A stretch of 64,000 nucleotides of DNA. It comes from Eledone cirrhosa (taxonomy: Eukaryota). The notes beneath the pieces were generated by a model that worked only from the letters and a program-made list of their open reading frames with translations, had not been told where the DNA came from and searched no databases. The first letter of the stretch is position 1; each line of letters starts with the position of its first letter. A program made the position numbers and the translations under genes. Positions 55,499 through 64,000 of this stretch are shown one piece after another. The DNA lies in contig OZ024741.1 of NCBI GenBank assembly GCA_964016885.1, positions 47,120,001-47,184,000 of the forward strand. Reading direction: 5' to 3'.

Positions 55499-58128
55499 CC
55501 ATGAAGAATGCACCTCCCAACATAGACTGATAATTAGCGACCTCATAGTCAGGACGAGACGTACTCGACAGCAGAAGAGGACTATCCTCAGGAGAAAAAT
55601 ATGGAAGCTAAAGCACCCCACAGCCAGGAATAAATTTCAAAGCATATTACTTGATGCTTTCGACAGTAAGGAAGAACATTTAGAGTCGGACAATATAGAG
55701 GGAGAGTGGGAATTTCTGAAAACAAACCTGCTGTTGGCGACAGACGAAGTCTGTGGCTGGAGCTGGCCTGTAGGCAGGAGGAGAGTAACATGGTGGTGGA
55801 ACAGTAAGGTGGAGGGGTCAATTAAGGCCAAAAAGCAGGCTTGGAAAGTATGGCGGGATGGGGGAAGGAGAGAAGACTATCAAGTGGCCAGGAGGGAAGC
55901 TAGGAGACAAGTGTACTTAGCAAGAAGGGAAGCTGGGGAAAGAAAGTTCAAACATGTTCTACAATGCGATGACCAAAAACGTGAGGTGTTCAGGATTGCT
56001 AGGCAATGCGTCAAGGAAAACCGTGATATTGTCGGGGAGAAGTGTGTACTAAACGACGATGGCACACTTGCCATCACCGACGCTGATAAGGTAGCTTGGA
56101 AGTGTCACTACGAAAGGCTACTAAATGAGGAGAATAAATGGGAGAAAGACAGTCTCCCCCATATCGACCCAATAGAGGGACCAGCAGTGTTAGTCGAGGG
56201 GAGTATAATAAGTAAGGCAATCAAGGATATGAAGACGGGTAAGGCGGCTGGGCCTTCGGAAATAGTTGCTGAGATGCTGAAGGCATCTGGCACGGTGGGA
56301 CACACCATGGTCACCCGCATTAAATTAATCGACCAGGTCATGAAGGTCACGGAAAAAGTAATAGCGCAACTAATCAGAGAGAGAATCGACCTAGATGAAA
56401 TGCAGTTCGGGTTTGTGTCAGGCAAAAGTACCACAGACGCTCTTTTCATAGTACGACAACTACAGGAGAAGTACCTAGCTAAAGGTAAACCCCTCTACTT
56501 AGCTTTTGTCGACTTGGAGAAAGCCTTCGACAGAGTCCCCCGCTCCATTATCTGGTGGGCTCTTAGAAAACTAGGCGTTGACGAATGGCTTGTGAGGGCT
56601 ATACAAGCCATGTATAAAGAAACAGTCAGCAAGGTTAGAATTAACAACAAATATAGTGAAGAGTTTAGCGTAAAAGTTGGCGTCCATCAGGGCTCTGTTC
56701 TCAGCCCCCTACTATTTATTATTGCCCTTCAGGCTATAACAGAGGAGTTCAAGACAGGCTGCCCATGGGAACTCCTATACGCAGACGACCTGACACTCAT
56801 AGCGGAATCAATGGCCGAGCTAGAGAAGAAATTCCAAACATGGAAGCACGGCCTAGAGTCAAAAGGACTTAAAATTAACCTGGCTAAGACCAAAGTTCTA
56901 GTTTGTAGGAAAGAAAACAAGGCGGCGGTCCCTTCTGGGAAATGGTCGTGCTCGGTGTGTAGGAAAGACGTAGGTAGAAACTCCATTTTATGTCCTAAAT
57001 GCAAAGTATGGGTGCATAAAAGATGTAGTGGGATCACAGGTAAGCTAACTAAGAACATAGATTTTACATGTGGCCGGTGTTCTGGTGCAATAAGTAGCAG
57101 CAAGTGCCCACAAAATACTAGCTCTTTCAATTGCGCAGAGGGTTCTATAGAAATAGTGGACAGCTTCCGTTACCTGGGCGATAAAATCAGCAGTGGGGGA
57201 GGGTGCTCTGAAAGTACTGTAGCTAGAGTCAGAACTGGTTGGAAAAAGTTCAGAGAGCTTATACCACTATTAGCTGCTAAAGGGTTCTCCCTAAAAATGA
57301 AAGGCAGGTTGTACGATGCCTGCATACGAACAGCAATGCTGCATGGCAGTGAGACCTGGGCATTGTGTGCAGAGGATATACGCAGACTAGAGAGGAACGA
57401 AGCTTGCATGCTCCGCTGGATGTGTAACAGTAATATACGTGAACGGCAAAGCATAAACGAACTAAGGAAAAAATTAGAGATAAGAGGGATCAGATGTTTA
57501 CTCGAGAGAAGGCTACGTTGGTATGGACACGTGATGCGCATGAAAGTCGATAGCTGTATAACAAAGTGCAGGGCAATAAAGATAGACGGTAGTCACGGAA
57601 TAGGCAGACCTAGAAAAACCTGGGACGAGCTGATAAACTCCGACATCACACACTTACACCTCTCCAAGACAATGTCACTGGACCGAGACCTTTGGCGGTA
57701 CTCAGTAACAGAGAAGACCCGCTTTACCTAAATATATAGTAAAACCTACTCCAGCCAGTAGGCATCTCTAACAAAATACACCCCGTCCCACCACCCCCGC
57801 CCCCACCCCATCCACACCACCCCGTTCTATGTAAAGTTATGTTGGTGCCGCGCCATCGAGGCCGAAACAAATGAGATCGTGTAGGTGTCACGACAAAAAA
57901 CACACAGTCCACGCTGTAATGTGGCCGTGTAGGCAACACGGTAAAAACCTCCCAGACCCACACTGTAAATGTGGTTGGTGTTAGGAAGGGCATCCAACTG
58001 TAGAAAACCTCCAGACAGTCCTATGCGAGCAAGACAATCACTCTTACCTCAAGTGGGACTACCCCCGTCCAAACCCATGCAAGCGTGGAACACGGACGTT
58101 AAACGTTGATGATGATGATGATGATGAT
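55499..58128 (+). mobile_element. 5'-truncated RTE LINE with PHD-like insert; ORF open to 57731
   Basis: [31 protein letters not shown]-like motif, [16 protein letters not shown] and a (GAT)n tail. In-frame RT deletion at ~56320. Confidence 0.93.
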
Positions 58129-58168
58129 ACATATATATATATATACATATATATACATATATATATAC

Positions 58169-58199
<31 letters not shown>

Positions 58200-58200
58200 C

Positions 58201-58231
<31 letters not shown>

Positions 58232-58268
58232 CATATATATATACATATATACATATATATATACATAT

Positions 58269-59695
58269 ATTTATTATTGCCCTTCAGGCTATAACAGAGG
58301 AGTTCAAGACAGGCTGCCCGTGGGAACTCCTATACGCAGACGACCTGACACTCATAGCGGAATCAATGGCCGAGCTAGAGAAGAAATTCCAAACATGGAA
58401 GCACGGCCTAGAGTCAAAAGGACTTAAAATTAACCTGGCTAAGACCAAAGTACTAGTTTGTAGGAAAGAAAACAAGGCGGCGGTCCCTTCTGGGAAATGG
58501 TCGTGCTCGGTGTGTAGGAAAGGCGTAGGTAGAAACTCCATTTTATGTCCTAAATGCAAAGTATGGGTGCATAAAAGATGTAGTGGGATCACAGGTAAGC
58601 TAACTAAGAACATAGATTTTACATGTGGCCGGTGCTCTGGCGCAATAAGTAGCAGCAAGTGCCCACAAACTACTAGCTCTTTCAATTGCGCAGAGGGTTC
58701 TATAGAAATAGTGGACAGCTTCCGTTACCTGGGCGATAAAATCAGCAGTGGGGGAGGGTGCTCTGAAAGTACTGTAGCTAGAGTCAGAACTGGTTGGAAA
58801 AAGTTCAGAGAGCTTATACCACTATTAGCTGCTAAAGGGTTCTCACTAAAAATGAAAGGCAGGTTGTACGATGCCTGCATACGAACAGCAATGCTGCACG
58901 GCAGTGAGACCTGGGCATTGTGTGCAGAGGATATACGCAGACTAGAGAGGAACGAAGCTTGCATGCTCCGCTGGATGTGTAACAGTAATATACGTGAACA
59001 GCAAAGCATAAACGAACTAAGGAAAAAATTAGAGATAAGAGGGATCAGATGTTGTTTACTCGAGAGAAGGCTACGTTGGTATGGACACGTGATGCGCATG
59101 AAAGTCGATAGCTGTATAACAAAGTGCAGGGCAATAAAGATAGACGGTAGTCACGGAATAGGCAGACCTAGGAAAACCTGGGACGAGCTGATAAACTCCG
59201 ACATCACACACTTACACCTCTCCAAGACAATGTCACTGGACCGAGACCTTTGGCGGTACTCAGTAACAGAGAAGACCCGCCTTACCTAAATATATAGTAA
59301 AACCTACTCCAGCCAGTAGGCATCTCTAACAAAATACACCCCGTCCCACCACCCCCGCCCCCACCCCATCCACACCACCCCGTTCTATGTAAAGTTATGT
59401 TGGTGCCGCGCCATCGAGGCCGAAACAAATGAGATCGTGTAGGTGTCACGACAAAAAACACACAGTCCACGCTGTAATGTGGCCGTGTAGGCAACACGGT
59501 AAAAACCTCCCAGACCCACACTGTAAATGTGGTTGGTGTTAGGAAGGGCATCCAACTGTAGAAAACCTGCCAGACAGTCCTATGCGAGCAAGACAATCAC
59601 TCTTGCCTCAAGTGGGACTACCCCCGTCCAAACCCATGCAAGCGTGGAACACGGACGTTAAACGTTGATGATGATGATGATGATGATGATGATGA
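58269..59695 (+). mobile_element. Second, shorter copy of the same RTE family (tandem)
   Basis: Near-identical to ~56712-58128; ORF to 59289. Confidence 0.93.
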
Positions 59696-62359
59696 GGGTA
59701 AATTTGAGGATGGCCTAAGTAGGATAGAAGAGGTCCTTGACAAACTGGACCAGGGTTTCAACATTCTACTGCTGGGAGACTTCAACCTACCAAAGGTCAA
59801 ATGGCCTGAGGGCCACCTCCTCCTTGGAATAACGTCAATAGAACAGAGACAGACGGAATCCCTGCTGGCCCTCACACACAGGCTGTTCATGGAGCAAGCA
59901 ATACTCCTCCCAACAAGAGGCGAAAATGTCCTGGACCTCTCTTTTACAAACAACGAAGTGCTCATCCACAATGTAAAGGTGACACCAACAATTCTCTCGG
60001 ATCATAACTTAGTAGAGCTAATGATAAGTGGTCCAAGAGAACCAACAGAGACAAAACCACCAAGAAGCTCCGGGACCTTATCCAGCCTTAACTTCTACAA
60101 GGCTAACTGGAAAAAGATTAAGAGAGAAATCCGGAAGCAAACATGGAGTGAAAACACCGCCAGACAAGGCACTAACACACAATTTCAACACTTCATGAAA
60201 ACGATACACACTATATGCAAAAAGTTTGTCCCGGAGAAAAAGGCAAACAGACACAAAAATCTTATTCCCAGAGATAGGAAAATCCTTCTGAGACGTAGAA
60301 CCAAACTCTCAAACCAGTTGAATAGTCAACAAAACAAAAACAAGGAGGAATACTATTTGAAATGTGCATTACTTGGCACCAAGATTGCACTCAAGCTTTC
60401 CCATGAGAATGAGAGGGCAAAGAAAGAGAACAGGGCCATAGAAAACATTAAAACAAACCCTAAGGCCTTCTTTAAATTTGCAAAAGAAACTGCCTCAGTA
60501 CACTGCAAGATTGGGCCACTCTTCCATACGGACGGTTCATTAACCAAAAACCTCCAAGAGATATGTGAAATACTGAACGAACAGTACAAAAGTGTGTTCA
60601 CATGTCCACTGAGGCACATGCAAATAACGAAGCCAGAGGAGTTCTTTGATGCCACAACACTACATGAAGAAATGGCAACCATCAACCACATAGACATAAC
60701 GGAGGAGGATGTGGTGTACGCCATTGATGAAATTAGAACAGACTCGGCTGCTGGACCTGATGGATTCCCAGCAGTTCTCTTAAAAATATGTAAGCGGACC
60801 TTAGCAACTCCACTGAAGATGCCCTTCAGAAGCTCCTTGGCTAGCGGTGTACTACCCAGGAAGCTGAAAGAAGGCACAATATGCCCTATCCATAAAGGAG
60901 GTAGCAGAGCGGAGGCTAAAAACTATAGGCCAATCTCCCTGACGTCGCATATCAGTAAGGTCATGGAGCGAGTCGTCAGAAAGAAACTGATCACTTTCCT
61001 CGAGGAAAATGACCGCCTGACTAGCACGCAACATGGCTTCCGCCCAGGAAGAAGCTGCCTTATACAGCTGCTACATCACTACGACTGGGTACTGAAACAA
61101 CTACTAGACAGCTCACATGTGGACGTGATATATCTTGACTTTGCGAAGGCCTTTGACAAGGTCGACCACGGAATGATATGTCACAAACTATACGGACTCG
61201 GCATAACTGGAAAAGTAGGTGAGTGGCTGCATGACTTCCTAATGGACAGAAGCCAGGCAGTGCAGCAAATGGGGCCCTCTCAAAGGAAACACCAATAACA
61301 AGTGGGGTGCCCCAGGGGACAGTCCTGGGACCACTACTGTTTTCGGTGGCTCTCTCAGACATGCCCTCTGTAGTACATACAACAACATCCCTCACTAGCT
61401 ATGCTGATGACACTAAGGTAGCACAGGCAATCAAAAGCTCGGCTGACGCTGCCCTTTTACAGCAGGAAGAAAACAACATGCAGTTTAATGCTGGCAAATT
61501 CCAAGCCCTACAATACAAACCTCAAAACAAACCTGCAAACACAAATATAGTACAACACAACAACCAGGAGGGACTGATATCCCCGTGTCAAAATCGATAC
61601 GAGACCTGGGCATAGACATGAGCGATGATGCATCTTTTTCTTCACACATCATGAAAGTGGCGACAATGTGCAGACGACTCGCTGGCTAGATCTTGAGGAC
61701 TTTCCGGACAAGAGATCGAGACACCATGTTGACACTATGGAGGACATTTGTCCTAAGCCGCCTGGACTACTGCTCCCAGTTGTGGTCACCCATAGTGTCA
61801 AACTAACCACGGAGCTTGAGGCAATCCAGCGAAGCTACACCAAGAGGATTGCCAAGATGAGGGAGACAAGCTACTGGGAGAGGCTAAAGGAACTGAACCT
61901 CTTCTCCTTGGGACGAAGACAGGAGAGATACGCAGTGATCTACATGTGGAAAATCCTGGAGGGACTAGCACCAAACTTTGGCATTGGGAGCTGGACCAAC
62001 CGTAGAACAGGACGTCACTGTGTGGTGCCAAAGGTCCCGTCTTCCACATCTAGAATAAGGAGCAGGTATTGCAATAGCCTGGGATTCAAGGGCCCTCAAC
62101 TCTTCAACAAGCTGCCGAGGGATCTGAGAGATTTGCATAACGTGGAGGTGGATGTCTTCAAGAAACATCTCGACATATTGTTATCCAGGATCCCGGATGA
62201 GCCCACAGCAAGACACAAGGGAAACCTAAGGGCAGCAGCAACAAATTCCCTCTTACACCAGTGGCCAACCTATACAGGCTGGAGATAAAATGTGTAGCAA
62301 CAAGGGCGGTGCCCCAGCATGGCCTCAGCCGGATAGCTGAAACAGGTAAAAGAGTACAT
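59696..62359 (+). mobile_element. CR1/L2-type LINE ORF2 (APE end plus RT), frameshifted, with 3' end
   Basis: LGDFNLP, PTRGENVLDL, SDH, NYRPISLTSHISK, QHGFRPGRSC, YLDFAKAFDKV, GVPQGTVLGPLLF, YADDTK. Confidence 0.92.
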
Positions 62360-62373
62360 ATATATATATATAT

Positions 62374-63038
62374 AGACTTACGTAGATTAGAGAGAAACGA
62401 AGCCTGCATGCTCCGATGGATGTGTAATAGTAATATACGCGAACAACAAAGCATAAATGAATTGAGAGAGAGACTGAGCATAAGAGGAATCAAATGCTGT
62501 GTGCAGGAGAGGCGGTTACGCTGGTATGGACATGTAATGCGTATGAAGGATGACAGCTGCATAAAAAGGTGCAGAGCACTAGAAGTTGATGGAAACCGCG
62601 GAGTGGGGAGACCCAAGTTGACCTGGGATGAGGTGATAAAAGCCGACCTTATCTAATTACACCTCTCAAAGGCGATGACACACAACCGTGACCTCTGGCG
62701 TCACGCAGTAATACAGAGTACCCACCCTCCCATGGGTTCAAGCTGAAGCATATAGACAATATGCCTCCCATCCCCCACTGCAAGGTGGTCGTGGAGGTGC
62801 TACAGCAAAAAAGCACCCAGCCCACACTGTAAAGTAGACGTGTAGGCGCCACGAAAAAGCACCCAGCACGCACTGTAAATGAGGTTGGTGTTAGGAAGGG
62901 CATCCAGCTGTAGAAATCAAGCCAAATCAGTTCCTGTATGAGCAAGGCATGGTCAGCCGACCAGACACTGCCCACAACAGGACAACCCGTCTAACCCATG
63001 CTAGCGTGGAAGAACAGACGTAAAACGGTAATGATGAT
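62374..63038 (+). mobile_element. RTE 3' fragment (same subfamily as 28361-29957)
   Basis: Near reverse complement of ~28365-29020. Confidence 0.88.
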
Positions 63039-63185
63039 ACATACATATATATATATATATACACATATATATATATACACATATATATATATATACACAT
63101 ATATACATGCATATATATCCATACATATATATGTATACATACATACATGTATACATATATATACATATGAATATATATATATATA

Positions 63186-64000
63186 GGTGATGCCCTAGAT
63201 AGGGGAAACTCTAGAGGCATTAAATTAATTGACCAGGTCATGAAGGTCACAGAAAAAGTAATAGCGCAACTAATCAGAGAGCGAATTGATCTAGATGAAA
63301 TGCAGTTCGGGTTTGTGTCAGGTAAAAGTACAACAGACGCTCTTTTCATTGTACGACAACTACAGGAGAAGTACCTAGCTAAAAGTAAACCCCTATACTT
63401 AGCTTTTGTTGACTTGGAGAAAGCCTTTGACAGAGTACCCCGCTCGATTATCTGGTAGGCCCTTAGAAAACTAGGTGTTGATGAATGGCTTGTGAGAGCT
63501 ATATATAAAGAAACAGTCAGCAAGGTTAGAATTAACAACGAATATAGTGAAGAGTTTAGCGTAAAAGTTGGTGTTCATCAGGGCTCCGTCCTTAGCCCCC
63601 TACTATTTATTATTGCCCTTCAGGCTATAACAGAGGAGTTCAAGACCGGCTGCCCATGGGAACTCCTATATGCAGATGATCTAACGCTCATAGCTGAAAC
63701 AATGGCTGAACTAGAGAAAAAATTCCAAACATGGAAGCATGGCCTAGAATCAAAAGGCCTTAAAGTTAACTTGTCTAAGACTAAACTTCTAGTTTGTAGG
63801 AAGGAAAATAGGGCACCGGTCCCTTCTGGGAAATGGCCATGCTCAGTGTGTAGGAAAGGAGTAGGTAGAAACTCCATTTTATGTCCCAAATGCAAAGTAT
63901 GGGTATATAAAAGATATAGTGGGATCACAGGTAAGCTAACTAAGAATATAGATTTTATATGTGGCCGGTGCTCTGGTGCTAGCAGCAAGTGCCCACAGAA
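63186..64000 (+). mobile_element. Decayed RTE RT fragment running off the window
   Basis: [30 protein letters not shown]; stop at 63456; PHD residues partly mutated. Confidence 0.9.

Overview
Eukaryotic (very probably octopod cephalopod) non-genic DNA with no recognisable host protein-coding exon. About 40% of the window (rough sum ~26 kb) is mosaic alternating purine-pyrimidine microsatellite, (TA)n punctuated by CA, with the C almost always on the + strand. All the long Y/I/M/C/H/T-rich ORFs in the track are artefacts of these tracts. Between the tracts lies a nest of retroelement copies, mostly decayed and mostly on +. These include Penelope-like elements (PLEs: RT plus C-terminal GIY-YIG, several families), Dong/R4-type RLE LINE pieces, RTE LINEs (one family with a PHD-like finger inside the RT), CR1/L2-type LINEs, a probable LTR, a tRNA-derived SINE remnant and a short bipartite RTE-derived non-autonomous element (3 copies). 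The main hidden feature, absent from the ORF track, is about 11 type I hammerhead-ribozyme (HHR) motifs from about 7 sequence families. Some have non-canonical cores, and nearly all are on +. They include a 336-bp near-perfect palindrome carrying a complete HHR on each strand and short ORF-less HHR modules embedded in (TA)n. All folds were read by eye; none was computed or assayed.
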